This document shows, piece by piece, positions 43,953 through 55,236 of a DNA stretch of 64,000 bases. The notes under the pieces are model-generated. The model made no database searches, was not told the origin of the DNA, and saw nothing but the letters and a program-made list of their open reading frames with translations. Every line of letters starts with the position of its first letter. The stretch's first letter is position 1. The DNA lies in NCBI GenBank assembly GCA_963695345.1, contig OY968769.1:64001-128000 (forward strand), written 5' to 3'. The translations under genes were made by a program, and so were the position numbers. This stretch comes from an uncultured Methanomassiliicoccales archaeon. Its GTDB lineage: Archaea; Thermoplasmatota; Thermoplasmata; Methanomassiliicoccales; UBA472.

Positions 43953-44216
43953 ATGGCTGACACGAACGGAAAGGACGAGAGGGCGTTCACGATCGAGCTG
44001 AGGTCCAAGGGAGACGTGAAAAACCTGTCCCTGGACAAAGGGGAACGGGTCTTCATAGAAGGCTCCTTGGGTGTTCTTGAGCGAGCCCGATTCATCGAGG
44101 ACATCGTTCTGGAGGTGATCGGAAGCAACGGCGTGCTCCGGATCGATCTTACCATGAAAGACCTGCGGATGAGCGCGGGGAAGGCTGAGGGACCCAGCAC
44201 CGATGCGGAGGGGTGA
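43953..44216 (+). CDS. Conserved hypothetical protein
   Basis: Clean 87 aa ORF with an RBS; FTIELRSK..VFIEGSLG..LEVIGSNGVLRIDL. Confidence 0.6.
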   Translation: MADTNGKDERAFTIELRSKGDVKNLSLDKGERVFIEGSLGVLERARFIEDIVLEVIGSNGVLRIDLTMKDLRMSAGKAEGPSTDAEG

Positions 44217-44369
44217 TGGGATGGACGAAGGACATTGCAGAAGGAACGTTCCGATGCCATTAACAGAGGTTCAGGAACCTCATGAGACCAGACAATTGGT
44301 GGGAAGTGGTTTCCAATGACAATAAGACCAGACAACATGATAGGGGAAGTGGAGGGACGCCACATGCAA

Positions 44370-45414
44370 ATGAAAGCGGTCATATGCCCTAAGATACGGG
44401 CCTCCGGAGGTCCTGGAACAGAAGGACATTGATAGGCCGGTCCCGTTGGACAATGAGGTCTTGGTCAGGATCAAGGCGACGACAGTGGTCCAAGCGGACA
44501 TCAGGATGCGGGCCTTCCGGGTCCCTCTTTCATTTTGGGTTCCAGCTCGGTTCGCCATCGGCATCACCAAACCGAAGAGACCCATACTGGGAACGGAGTT
44601 TGCCGGCGTGGTAGAAGGAATCGGGAAGGATGTCCAGAGATTCAAGGTCGGAGACGACGTGTTCGGCCTCACTGGCCATGATGGTGGATGCTATGCCGAA
44701 TACCGGTGTGTGCCCCAGGATGGTCCAGTGGCATTGAAACCAAATGACCTAAGCTTCGAGGAGGCGGCCGCCCTGCCCATGGGCGGACTGACGGCATGGC
44801 ATTTCCTGAGGAAAGGGAGTGTGGGCCGGGGTCAGAAGGTCCTGGTCTACGGCGCATCGGGGAGCATCGGGACCTACGCGGTACAGCTGGCCAAGCACCT
44901 GGGGGCGGAAGTGACCGGGGTGACCAGCACCGCCAATCTCGACCTGGTCCGGTCGCTGGGGGCGGACAATGTCATCGATTACACCAAGGAGGACTTCTCC
45001 CAGGCGGGCGCGGTCTACGACGTGGTCTTCGATACGGTGGGCAAGAGCTCGATCTCGGCCAGCATGAGGTCATTGAGGAAAGGAGGCTGTTATCTTCAGA
45101 CGGTCGCCACGCCCGGGACGAGCCTGCGCATGCGCTGGGCGGCGTTCACCACCGGCAACCGGCTGATCGGCGGCGTGATGGCGGGGACAGGCGATGACCT
45201 GGCCTTCCTGGGGAAGCTAGCCGGAACGGGGAAGATCAAACCATACATCGACAGGTCGTTCGCAATGGAGCAGATCGTTGAAGCCCACCGATATGTGGAA
45301 CTGGGACACAAGAAGGGCAATGTCACCATAACCGTGGGAGGCGGCCAGACTCCGCCAGCAGTAGGGAAGTTCCTACCTTTTGCTATTGAATCCTCGTCGT
45401 CCCGGAGGGGATGA
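44370..45414 (+). CDS. NAD(P)-dependent oxidoreductase, MDR/quinone-reductase-like; apparent frameshift near 44394
   Basis: MKAV..YGPPEVL, GTEFAGVV, YGASGSIG, GHKKGNV. Confidence 0.85.
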
Positions 45415-45415
45415 C

Positions 45416-46393
45416 ATGACAGGAGAGAACATGATGTCGGCAGCGACCGGTGGCGAAGAGCAGTCCGATCATCCCATATCGGCCAGGGATGTGGTGGTGA
45501 AGTTCGGGGCGACGACGGCGCTGGACCACTTCAGTGTGGACATCCCCAAGGGAGTGGTCGGGCTCCTAGGACCGAACGGGGCAGGTAAGAGCACCTTCAT
45601 CAAGACCGTGCTGGGCCTGGTCCAGCCGCGAAGCGGCCAGGTGACCGTCGCCGGGCTGGACGCCAGGAAGGATATGCTCACCATCCGCGATAAGGTCGGC
45701 TACATGCCCGAGCATGACTGCCTGATCGACCAGATGACCGGGGTAGAGCTGGTGTGCTACATGGGCAGGCTCTCCGGCATGTCGAAGGAGGACGTGGTGC
45801 CGCGCAGCCACGAGATGCTGGACTTCGTCGGCCTGGGCGAGGAGCGCTATCGCATGATAGGCTCCTATTCCACCGGCATGAAGCAGAGGGCCAAGCTGGC
45901 ACAGGCCTTGGTGCACGACCCGAGCATACTCTTCCTGGACGAGCCCACGAATGGCATGGACCCGCTGGGGCGGGAGGAGATCCTCGAGCTCATCGGGCGG
46001 ATATCCGCCACGGATAAATCCATCATAATCTCGTCGCACATCCTCCAGGATGTCGAGCACCTCTGCCGTGAGGTCGTAATCGTGAGCTCGGGTCGGGTGG
46101 CGGTGCAGGGAGAGCTGAAGGCACTGCTATCCCGGGGCAAGGGTCGCAAGCGCATCACGGTGAGGGGACCTGACCAGGGGCTCAAGTCCTTCGTCTCACG
46201 GCTGAGTTCGCTGGCGGAGGTACTCTCGATATCGGAGGAAGGCGGGCAGGCGACGATCGTCCTGGACATGAAGGACGGGAGCGGCACGGTCTTTGAGCTC
46301 GCCTCCGAGGAAGCGGTGCAGGTCCGGGCGTTCGTTCCTGACCGGGTCAGCCTGGAAGACTTCTTCATCGACGTGGTCAGGGAGGGACACTGA
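45416..46393 (+). CDS. ABC-2 type transporter ATPase
   Basis: GPNGAGKST, YSTGMKQR, LDEPT, SSH. Confidence 0.9.
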   Translation: MTGENMMSAATGGEEQSDHPISARDVVVKFGATTALDHFSVDIPKGVVGLLGPNGAGKSTFIKTVLGLVQPRSGQVTVAGLDARKDMLTIRDKVGYMPEHDCLIDQMTGVELVCYMGRLSGMSKEDVVPRSHEMLDFVGLGEERYRMIGSYSTGMKQRAKLAQALVHDPSILFLDEPTNGMDPLGREEILELIGRISATDKSIIISSHILQDVEHLCREVVIVSSGRVAVQGELKALLSRGKGRKRITVRGPDQGLKSFVSRLSSLAEVLSISEEGGQATIVLDMKDGSGTVFELASEEAVQVRAFVPDRVSLEDFFIDVVREGH

Positions 46394-47214
46394 TGGGCCT
46401 CAATCCCATCGAGTACCGACCCTGGAAGGGGAAGCGGGTTGAGCATGGCCGCCGTCCTTTGATCATCGCCAGTAAGGTCGTTGAGCAGAAGCTGGGCTCC
46501 AAATGGCTCCTCGGCCTGCTGATCCTCGGCGGTTTCCTGGTGCAAGGACTGTCCCTCATCCTCCTGTCCACCATGCCGCACCAGTCCCTCACCCCGGAGG
46601 CCATGGCCGGCCAGATGCAGGGAGCTCTGTTCTACGTCTTTGCCATCATCCTCGTGGCCATGACCTGCGGCGACCTGCTGGCGGAGGATTTGCGCGCCAG
46701 TTCCTTGGTGCTCTATCTCACCAGGGGGATCAGGACCTACGGTTACCTGCTGGGGAAGCTGTTGGGCGCCACCATCGTCATCGGGATATTCACCCTGGCC
46801 CTGCCCCTGGTGCTGGCCTGCGCCTTGACCGCCACTCAGTCCGGCAGCGATTACACGGCGAGCCTGGAGGTCATCGGCCGCACCGTGGCGGCTGGCGCCT
46901 GGACCACGGTGCTGTTGATGCCGGTGGGCCTGCTGTTTTCCTCCCTCACGAGCAAGAAGACCTACGCGGCTGTCGGGGCCTTCATGACCTTCTTCGTCAT
47001 GGAGATCATGGGCAACTTCCTTTCCCAATTCGATGCCGATTGGGCCGTCCTCGGGCCGCAGAGCCTCCTGTCCCATTCGTTCGAGGTCATCTACGGTCTG
47101 GAGGTGACGGGGGGTGTGGACCTGTGGTTGATGGCCATTGTATCACTCGCGCTCATCGTGCCCCCGGCCATCATCACCTACCTCAACGTGTACAAAATGG
47201 AGGTGGGGCAATGA
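46393..47214 (+). CDS. ABC-2 type permease
   Basis: Six TM helices, LYLTRGI..YLLGK. Confidence 0.8.
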   Translation: MGLNPIEYRPWKGKRVEHGRRPLIIASKVVEQKLGSKWLLGLLILGGFLVQGLSLILLSTMPHQSLTPEAMAGQMQGALFYVFAIILVAMTCGDLLAEDLRASSLVLYLTRGIRTYGYLLGKLLGATIVIGIFTLALPLVLACALTATQSGSDYTASLEVIGRTVAAGAWTTVLLMPVGLLFSSLTSKKTYAAVGAFMTFFVMEIMGNFLSQFDADWAVLGPQSLLSHSFEVIYGLEVTGGVDLWLMAIVSLALIVPPAIITYLNVYKMEVGQ

Positions 47215-48143
47215 GCGATCCTGTCGTCCAGGCCATCGAGGTATCCAAATGGTACGGGGACGTGATCGGTCTGAACGGCCTCAGCATCGAGGTGCCCAAA
47301 GGCATAACCGGCATCGTCGGCCCGAACGGCGCGGGGAAGAGCACCTTCTTCAAGCTGGTGGCGGGGACCGTCCGGCCGAGCGCCGGACTCATCACCGTGC
47401 TGGGCGAGAGCACATGGAAGAACCCGGCCCTGCTAGGCCGGATAGGTTTCTGTCCAGACTTTGACTTCCTGCCGGCCGATCTGAGCGGGCGGGGGTACCT
47501 GCGGCTGTGCGGAGGGCTGCATGGCATGAACGGGGGACCGCTGGTGCAGAGGATTGACCAGGTGCTCGATACCGTGCACATGGTCAAAGACGCGGACCGC
47601 AAGATGGGAGGTTACAGCAAGGGCATGCGGCAGAGGATCAAGATCGCCGGGGCCCTGCTCCATGATCCTGAGGTCCTCTTCCTGGACGAACCGTTCTCCG
47701 GGACGGACCCGGTGGTCAAGCGTGAGCTCATGGACCTGACCAGAGAACTGAACCAGAGCCATGGCCACGATATCGTCGTATCAACGCATGTGTTGCATGA
47801 GGTGGAGCGGCTCACACACTCCATTGCCTTGCTCTACAAGGGGAGGGCGGTGGCCACCGGGGATGTCTCCGAGATACGGGGGCTGATGAGCGCATATCCA
47901 CACCATATCGTCATCGAGGGGACCGGGATCTTGAAGCTGGCCAAGGAGCTGATCGACCAGGACTTCACCGTCTCGGTCGAGCTTCGGCCGGACCGTAAAG
48001 GGCTCACGGCCATGGTCAGCAGGCCGAACGATTTCTTCAACGAACTACCCTCGATGTTGAGACGAACGGAGAGCGAGATTGAGCGTATGGAAAGCACGGA
48101 CGACGACCTGGAATCGGTGTTCCGCTATCTGGTGAGGTGGTAA
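47211..48143 (+). CDS. ABC-2 type transporter ATPase
   Basis: GPNGAGKST, YSKGMRQR, LDEPF; ATG overlaps the upstream stop. Confidence 0.9.
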   Translation: MSDPVVQAIEVSKWYGDVIGLNGLSIEVPKGITGIVGPNGAGKSTFFKLVAGTVRPSAGLITVLGESTWKNPALLGRIGFCPDFDFLPADLSGRGYLRLCGGLHGMNGGPLVQRIDQVLDTVHMVKDADRKMGGYSKGMRQRIKIAGALLHDPEVLFLDEPFSGTDPVVKRELMDLTRELNQSHGHDIVVSTHVLHEVERLTHSIALLYKGRAVATGDVSEIRGLMSAYPHHIVIEGTGILKLAKELIDQDFTVSVELRPDRKGLTAMVSRPNDFFNELPSMLRRTESEIERMESTDDDLESVFRYLVRW

Positions 48144-48144
48144 G

Positions 48145-48895
48145 ATGATCTCGAACGGCTGGATTGGGCTAAGGACGATGCTATGGTTCTCGACAAGAAA
48201 ACTTTTGCTTAACCGCAGATGGCTGATCGTGGCACTGCTCGCCCTGCTGGTCGCCGCCTTCTCAGGCTTTTCGGCGACGCAGAACATCGACCGACTGGAG
48301 GATGGGAGCAACATACTGGCAATGCTCATCCTCTCCTTCCTCCTGCCGGTGCTGGCGCTGGTATACGGGGCTTCGATGATCCGGAACGAGATCGACGACC
48401 GCAGCATCACAACCGTCGTCACCTCGCCCCTGGACCGCCGCGTATCCTACCTGGCATACTTCCTGGCGCTCATCCTGGTGCTTGGGGCGATGATGCTGTT
48501 GCTCAACATCGTGGGATGGTCGAGCTTTTTCCTGGTCGCCGGGATGGACGCTGAGGCGGTGGACCTGCTGCTGGGTTACTCGCTCATCCTGTTGATAGGC
48601 GGAGTGGTGTATGCCTCCCTGTTTTTGGCACTGGGCGTGGTGCTCAGGCAGCCGATCTATCTCGGACTCATCTACGTCTTTGTCTGGGAGGGGTTCGTGG
48701 GCTCGGCGCCCGGTGCCATAGGGGAGTTTACCATCGGGCACCAGCTGGGAGTAATCGCCTCCCAGGTCATCGGTGAGGGTGGGATATCACGCCTGAGTGG
48801 CGATCCCCTGATATCGGCGATGGCCCTTTTGGCGGTGACGGCAGTCAACCCTGGTCCTGGGGGCAGTGACCTTCCACGGGAAGGAGCTCCCCTGA
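48145..48895 (+). CDS. ABC-2 type permease; apparent frameshift near 48850
   Basis: TM helices, EIDDRSI; alternative frame ends LVLGAVTFHGKELP* just before a terminator. Confidence 0.8.
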
Positions 48896-48904
48896 ACCGG
48901 CCAT

Positions 48905-48935
48905 GGCCGAAAGGCCGCCTTTTTTTATTCTTTTT
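48905..48935 (+). terminator. Hairpin plus T-tract terminator
   Basis: GGCC-GAAA-GGCC followed by T runs. Confidence 0.55.
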
Positions 48936-49342
48936 CAGGCAAGGATCGTTCGGAGACCTCCGACCCAGGGTAACTGAGATGGCATTGCGTTGTTGGGCGG
49001 TGAAGAGGGCTTTCATACCCTTCTTTCTCCCTATCGACGAAGACCAGGCCGATTGTTGGCACCGCCAGCGGAGCTGTGTATCCAATTGGCCAGGATCGTT
49101 CCGTCAGATCCATTCGATGCCGTGGTCGTGGCAGGGGGCGAAACGCTCGCCGACGATGACTGAGTCCCAAACCGCCGGAGCTGTGGCATGCATCTTGACT
49201 GCGTGGATAGGATCGCAACGAGGCAGGTATGGAGGGGATGAAAGCCCGCACGTTCTACGGCATTCGTTCGTCAGGACGATGTAAGTAACCGATGTGATCT
49301 TACATCTGTTGAACATAGCCCCTGAGATAGCATTCCCAATGA

Positions 49343-50498
49343 TCAGGCCGCAGGAGTGGGTATCTCTCCTTTCCCCGGTGGCGGCGTCGCCGAAGAGGAT
49401 GGCGCTGTTGTTGGTCAGGTCTCCCTTCTTGATCATCAGCTCGGAGTTCAGGAACTGCCGCGCCCCGAGGAACGCCATTCCGATGTTGTCCACCTGGAAG
49501 AGCCTCCCGTAGAACTGTTGGGTGAAGAGCTCGGCGCCGACCTCGGTCACCGGCCAGAAATAGCCGGCATAGGCCTGCACCCCTCTGGCGATGAAGGCGG
49601 CAGCGATCCCGTTGCTATGGTTCTCGTTCGACACCAGCCGCTTGCCTCCCGCCGCCCGCCCTGATTCACAGGCGCTGTTGAAGACGATGTACGGCGGTTT
49701 CTTCCATTTCAGGTCGAAGATCTCGTCAGCGGTAAGGTCCCCGTCCGCGAACCGTACCGCACTGGTCTCCGGTGCGGAAGGGTCGAATGAGCCGTGCCCG
49801 GAGAAATGAACGATGTCATAGTCCTCACTGGCCAGCCTTTCGGAGAAGGCCGCCAGCGTGGCCTGTTCCCGGGTCAATACATCCACCCTGACACTGAACC
49901 GGTCATACGGACCTTCCAGCTTTCGGAGCGCGTCGATCTCCCGTTCCCCCGCGGTCAGGTCGAGGGTCGGATTTCCGATCGCCAGTATCTTGACCACATT
50001 GTCCTCGTTCAATGGGTTGGCACCGGGTTCGGGGAATATCCTGGTGGTGACCAATCGACCGAAGGGGGTCACCATGGCCATCGGGACATCCCGGGCCATG
50101 AGCAGTTCCCAGGGAAGGTTGAGGATGGTCTCATCCACGTTCAGAAGGATCGCCGTGGGCTCGATGTTCGCCAGTACCTTGGTCCCCGGAACACCGATGA
50201 AGATGTCGTACAATCTCTTTCCCAGCAGTCGAACCCGTTCCTGGGCCTCCTTCGGTGAGAGGTCCTCTCTGACGCTCCACAGATAGAGCTCGTGCGTCGT
50301 GTCCAGCAGGTACCGCTCATCCTCCGGCTCTACCGTGATGTTCTGTTGCCAGGTCACCCCGGTCCCCTCCTCATGTATGGAGACGAGGAACTGGAGCGAC
50401 TCGCCATCCATTGGCAGGTCCCTGCTGTACCGGGCGATCGAGATGTGCAGCACTCGCGGAAGAGACTTCTTCATGCCTTTGCGATATTCACCTATCAT
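49343..50498 (-). CDS. Stand-alone CHAT-domain (caspase-clan) protease; 3' end uncertain (ORF track reads on to 49104)
   Basis: LPWELL, IVHFSGHG (catalytic His), FNSACESG (catalytic Cys), AAAFIARG, FWPV, LFGD. Confidence 0.85.
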
Positions 50499-50538
50499 GG
50501 CCAGGATACCTCCCTCCTTTCTTGTTTACACCCTATGA

Positions 50539-51361
50539 TCAGATCGTCAGCACCTTTTGCATTTCGAACGCGTCGTCCTTGTTCCCTACCCGGTCCAGGT
50601 TCGGTCTTTGATTCTTGGGCATCATCTTTACTATGCTCTCGTGCAATGTCAGGTAGTTCCCGTCGAACTGACCGTCGTTCCAGACCGCCCTCAGCATGGA
50701 AGTGAACAGACTGTTCCTCTCGCCGTCCCTGGATTGCTGCCAATCCTGGCAGCCGGAGATCAGGAGGACAGAGGCCTTCACGTCCTCTGCCCTGACGTTT
50801 GCGGTCTCCCTCTGGAGCTGGTCATAGAATTCCCTGTTGCTCTCGTATACGTCCTTCACGATCGAATCTGGCATCGCCTTCACCCGTGATCGGAACGGTG
50901 TACCCTGCTGCAACGAACGGATGACGTCCCCTTTGATGATCGTCCCGCTGTGGCAGCTGTCGGAGAAGACGATCACGCGCACCCCTTGGGCGAATTTGGA
51001 GTACAGCGCCAGGAGCTCATCGTCCATGATCTCACCGTCATAGAGGCACCAGGTCTCATCCTGTTCGTCGTCCTCGTCGCCATTCACATCCGGTAACCAG
51101 CTGCCATGGCCGGAATAGTAGAGCAGGAAAATGTCCCCCGACACCAGCACATTGGCCGCTTTCGTCATCTCGTCGATCACCGATTGCCTGGTCGCCTCCG
51201 CGGTAAAGAGGGCCTTTACCTCGAATCCTTTTGACCTGGCAATTTCGACCATGTCATTGGCATCCCCCTCACAGGCGTTCAGCTCGCCTGACCATTCGTT
51301 CGCGTACTTGTTGAGGGTCGACCCGGTTCAACCCGATTATCAATGCCTTTCCTATTGCCAT
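50539..51361 (-). CDS. Metacaspase/peptidase C14 family protein; apparent frameshift near 51313
   Basis: MAIGKALIIGLNRVDP / ..GELNACEGDANDM, YYSGHG, DETWC, SDSCHSG, LISGCQDWQQS. Confidence 0.88.
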
Positions 51362-51584
51362 ACGATCCCCTCGGCCACCCTGGATCGGGCTGGGCGTAAA
51401 TCGATCAATATTCATTCGTTATCGAAGTTATAAAACATTTCCGCCCGCCCCGGTTTCGATTCCTTGAAACTTATCGGACAAGGATATTGCCATATGGCGA
51501 TCGAGCTGACATCACCCTTGCATTGGTCAATTATACATTTTAATAGATGCAAATGCGTTAATTATACGATCGAGGGGGAGACAC

Positions 51585-52157
51585 ATGAAATGTCCTAAAT
51601 GTGGAGAGGAGAATCCGGATAATGCGTTGAAATGTGCCGCGTGCGATTATCCATTTACCAAGGCACCGCCACCGAGACCGGGCATAGACCCGTCCAGACC
51701 CCAGGATCCCGATTATGCGAAGAGGTACTGGGAGAGATTGGACCAGTTGTTCTACGACACGCTGAAGAACGCTGAGACGGCTTATAAGGTCAACCTGATC
51801 ATAAACCTGATCGTGGTCGCCGTCGGGATATCGCTCCTGGCATATTCGATGTATTATAGCTGGTTCAACAATCTGGATATCTACTCGGTGGGTTTTGGAG
51901 CATTGGGAGTGGTCACCTTCATAACCACGTTCTTCATCACCACGCAAAAGAAGATCCAAAGAAGGGTGGGGGACCTGACCCAGATCCAGATCGTGTACCG
52001 CTCCTATTGTCTCTTCGAGGAGGCGGTGGGCGACTGGGAGAGGAAGCATTCCGATGCGGACATGACGCTGCAGAACTTGGACGAGATAAATGCCCAACTT
52101 TCCAAGATGATGGCGTCGGCCACGAACAGCATAGAACAGGTCGTTGGGGAGGACTGA
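51585..52157 (+). CDS. Zinc-ribbon plus two-TM membrane protein
   Basis: CPKC..CAAC, Pro-rich linker, two TM helices, helical tail; RBS GAGGGGG. Confidence 0.75.
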   Translation: MKCPKCGEENPDNALKCAACDYPFTKAPPPRPGIDPSRPQDPDYAKRYWERLDQLFYDTLKNAETAYKVNLIINLIVVAVGISLLAYSMYYSWFNNLDIYSVGFGALGVVTFITTFFITTQKKIQRRVGDLTQIQIVYRSYCLFEEAVGDWERKHSDADMTLQNLDEINAQLSKMMASATNSIEQVVGED

Positions 52158-52333
52158 GGTACCGGTCACAGGCTGGACCGGTTCCGCCCCGATGGACAAG
52201 ATGAGGGGTTTCGATCATGCGGTGTCGGAGCCCATCTAGATATGGCAACCAAATCGAAATCCAAATATGCCCAGAACTTACGTAAAATTCATTCGCCATT
52301 ATACATGATCTTAATTTGACGGAGGAACGAGCA

Positions 52334-52625
52334 ATGATACCGGAGAAGCTGATGGAAATCATGGAAAAGGATGGAGTTGTCGCTATCGCCACCTTGGGCC
52401 CCGGCGGTCCACATATGGTCAATACTTGGAACAGCTATCTCAGAATTTCAAAGCAGGGGCAATTATTGATCCCAGTAGGCTACATGCATAGGACAGAGGC
52501 CAACATTGCCCACGATCCGAACATATTGATCACATTGGGCAGCAGCAAGGTAGAGGGCTTGCACGGAGCGGGCGCCGGTTTCCTGATCAAGGGAAAAGCG
52601 AGATTCTTAACCTCTGGCCCTGAAG
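52334..52625 (+). pseudogene. FMN-binding split-barrel (pyridoxamine-phosphate-oxidase-like) protein, 3'-truncated
   Basis: GVVAIAT, HMVNTWNSY, LGSSKVEG, GFLIKG, then runs into antisense repeat DNA. Confidence 0.7.
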
Positions 52626-52626
52626 A

Positions 52627-53118
52627 CCCCGGCGGAGTAACGGTTGGCAAGGATGCTATTCTGACCGGAGCTATCTATCTGCTGCCACACCACCATGGCA
52701 TTGCCGTTGATGTCCATGGCGATCTGCGGATTGGTTGCCTCCCCTGTACCGGACTCTAGCCAAACTGCCCCTCCCCAAACCCCGGCGGAGTAATGGTTGG
52801 CTAATATACTTTGGTTCCTTGAGCCGTCTGTCTGCTGCCACACCACCATGGCATTGCCGTTGATGTCCATGGCGATCTGCGGATTGGTTGCATTCCCGGT
52901 GCCAGCCTCTAGCCACACTGCGCCTCTCCAGGTCCCCGCAGAGTAACGGTTGGCGAGTATGCTCGTGTTACTAGAGCTGTCAACCTGTTGCCATACCACT
53001 ATGGCATCTCCATTGCCTGACCTGGCGATCTGCGGATTGGTTGCATTCCCGGTGCCAGCCTCTAGCCAGACCACTCCACTCCAAACCCCGGCGGAGTAAC
53101 GGTTGGCCAAGATGCTAT
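52627..53118 (-). repeat. ~3.2 tandem 153-bp coding repeats (51-aa beta-propeller-like blades); orphan gene fragment
   Basis: CCCCGGCGGAGTAACGGTTGGC-like units recur at 52627, 52780, 52933, 53086; unit SILANRYSAG.W...WLEAGTGNATNPQIA....G.A.VVWQQ. Confidence 0.85.
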
Positions 53119-53363
53119 AGTGACCGGATTCCATTTCCGGCCTGGACGGATGAAAGAGAGCGGGATCGATCATGCCGACTCTCCTTTCATCTTCCCAATT
53201 TCCCCTTGAACCAATGATGGACCCGCGAACCGCCCTGCCAGATACTGAATGGATTCTTTTGATTCCCCGAACAAGAAATTTCGAGGAACCGAAATCTTCG
53301 GTTATTATTGGTTCAGAAACCTTCTTTATTGGCATCTGCCTGGGTTTGCCCCATGATCTGCTC

Positions 53364-54381
53364 TCAGGTCATTGTGGAGCGGCCTAATGCCTTGATGTTC
53401 TCAATCGGCGCATCGAACGGTATCTCCCCGGCCGAGGTAACGATAAGACCGCTTCCATCACCAGAGGTACTGATCAACTCTGATACCTTTTCCATTATCT
53501 CTTCCGGCCTTGATCGGGCAATGAAATGGGGTTGAATGCCAGCAACGAGGCAACCTCTACCCTTCAGCATGCTCACAGCGCCTGGATACCCTTCCCAATC
53601 GAAGGATGTGTGAATCGCGGTGGGTTTTACCGCATCGAATTGAGCGTCGAGATAGGCTCCCTTCGCACAATTGCTCAGTATCGTCATCAAGCCATTCTGG
53701 TGGAACCTCTCCGCCATTGCCTGGGCATAGTCGATATCGAAGGTCTTTGCCAGCTGGAATTCATTCTGCTCTGAGTCTGCGCTCCCATCTTCGATGAATA
53801 CGATCTCCACTCCGGAATGGTCCTTTAGCAACCGTCCATATTCGATGAGCGAATCGGTGAGCACATTCAGGAGATGATGGGTTCGGCCTGGCTCCATGAT
53901 CTCATCCATTAGAAGGCCGTCGAAACCTCGGACCGAAGCGGCCAAAGTAAACGGGTCGCTCACCTGACCGATGACCGCGACCTCGTTCCCTACCTTCGCG
54001 TTGATGATCTTCGCGGCTTCCAGGGAGGTCGACCAAACCTTGTCTTTGATCGGATCGACGTATTCCAGCCTATCGACCTCCTCTGGTGATAATGGAGCGC
54101 CCCTCGGGTAATCCTCGTCTTTAGGGAATGTTAGTTTGACCCCAAAGGCCTGGGCTTCATTTAACAGGTCGCCCCACCCTACCATGATGTTGTCAAAACC
54201 GAACTCCTGCGTCGCGAGACATATCTTAGCGAATTTGTTTGGGTCCGAATAGGCTTCCCTTATGGTCAGTCCGGTGACCTCCTGAATGCGATTTCCTCCA
54301 CCCAGTTGAATGTGCATGGTCGGGATCCTATCTGGCATATCAAGGCTGAAGGGCAGAGTGGAATCTTTCTTTGGGAGACAT
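53364..54381 (-). CDS. UroD/MtaA-MtbA (MT2 methyltransferase) family protein; apparent frameshift near 54345
   Basis: MSPKERFHSAL / MPDRIP, EAQAFG, DPFTLA..RG, C-terminal PIENIKAL. Confidence 0.8.
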
Positions 54382-54810
54382 GGCAGAAATATTGGAACGG
54401 CCTCGGCTTTAAACCTATGATAGGAGAGCGGCCATGGATGACCTGGAACGATGTTTGTATGTCATCCTGTGTGGATGCATTTTCCCGGATCGCTGTGTTT
54501 CCCTTCTTCATGCTCGGTTTCAGGTTCACTACAAGGACACCCATCTTCCTTCAACTATCATCTGAAAATATCTGAGAAGAGAGTAGAGTTAGACACTTTT
54601 TTAACTATTATTAGATTTAAATAATCTGCATAGCCTGCATACTCAAGTACGATTGACAGGGAATAATTTCACTACATCTAGGACTTTTGATCTTATCCCA
54701 TGTTATCCAACAGTCCATATCGTTCCTTAAACAGTTTATCCAATTTTCCTTTTGACTGAAATCGTATCATTAACGAATTGACAAAAACGGACTGGGAGGT
54801 CCGTTTAGGT

Positions 54811-55236
54811 TTATAAGGTCAAATAGATGTTATATGTTCCACCATCTGCAACTTCTATCGTGGTTGAATCCGAGGAATCTCCCAGACCACCACCGGTTCC
54901 AGTACCGGAAATTGTGATGTTGCCCGATGATCCAGACAGCCAAGCATCATATTGATAGACCTGTGAGCTCAATGCGCTCAGGGTATCCGATCTGATCCAG
55001 TTACCATTGACATATAGATTGATATCAATAACATTCGCGATGTGGGCACTTGTGACGTGGATGTATATGGTTGCTTTGAATTTGTTTGCACCTATATAAC
55101 CACCCATCGACAACGCCAACAAGGCAACGATTACAATCACAACAATGACGACGATACCGATTACGATTTTTGTTTTCTTTTTCTTTGCTGATGGTTGATT
55201 TAGGTTAGAGTTGTTTGATCCGTTCATTATAGTCAT
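54811..55236 (-). CDS. Small membrane-anchored surface protein
   Basis: KKKK plus a TM helix followed by a beta-rich domain. Confidence 0.65.
   Translation of the reverse strand: MTIMNGSNNSNLNQPSAKKKKTKIVIGIVVIVVIVIVALLALSMGGYIGANKFKATIYIHVTSAHIANVIDINLYVNGNWIRSDTLSALSSQVYQYDAWLSGSSGNITISGTGTGGGLGDSSDSTTIEVADGGTYNIYLTL

Noticed and set aside
52627-53118. Tandem repeats as a CRISPR array
   Set aside because: The period is 153 bp (a multiple of 3), whole units are homologous and encode protein repeats; there are no unique spacers and no cas genes
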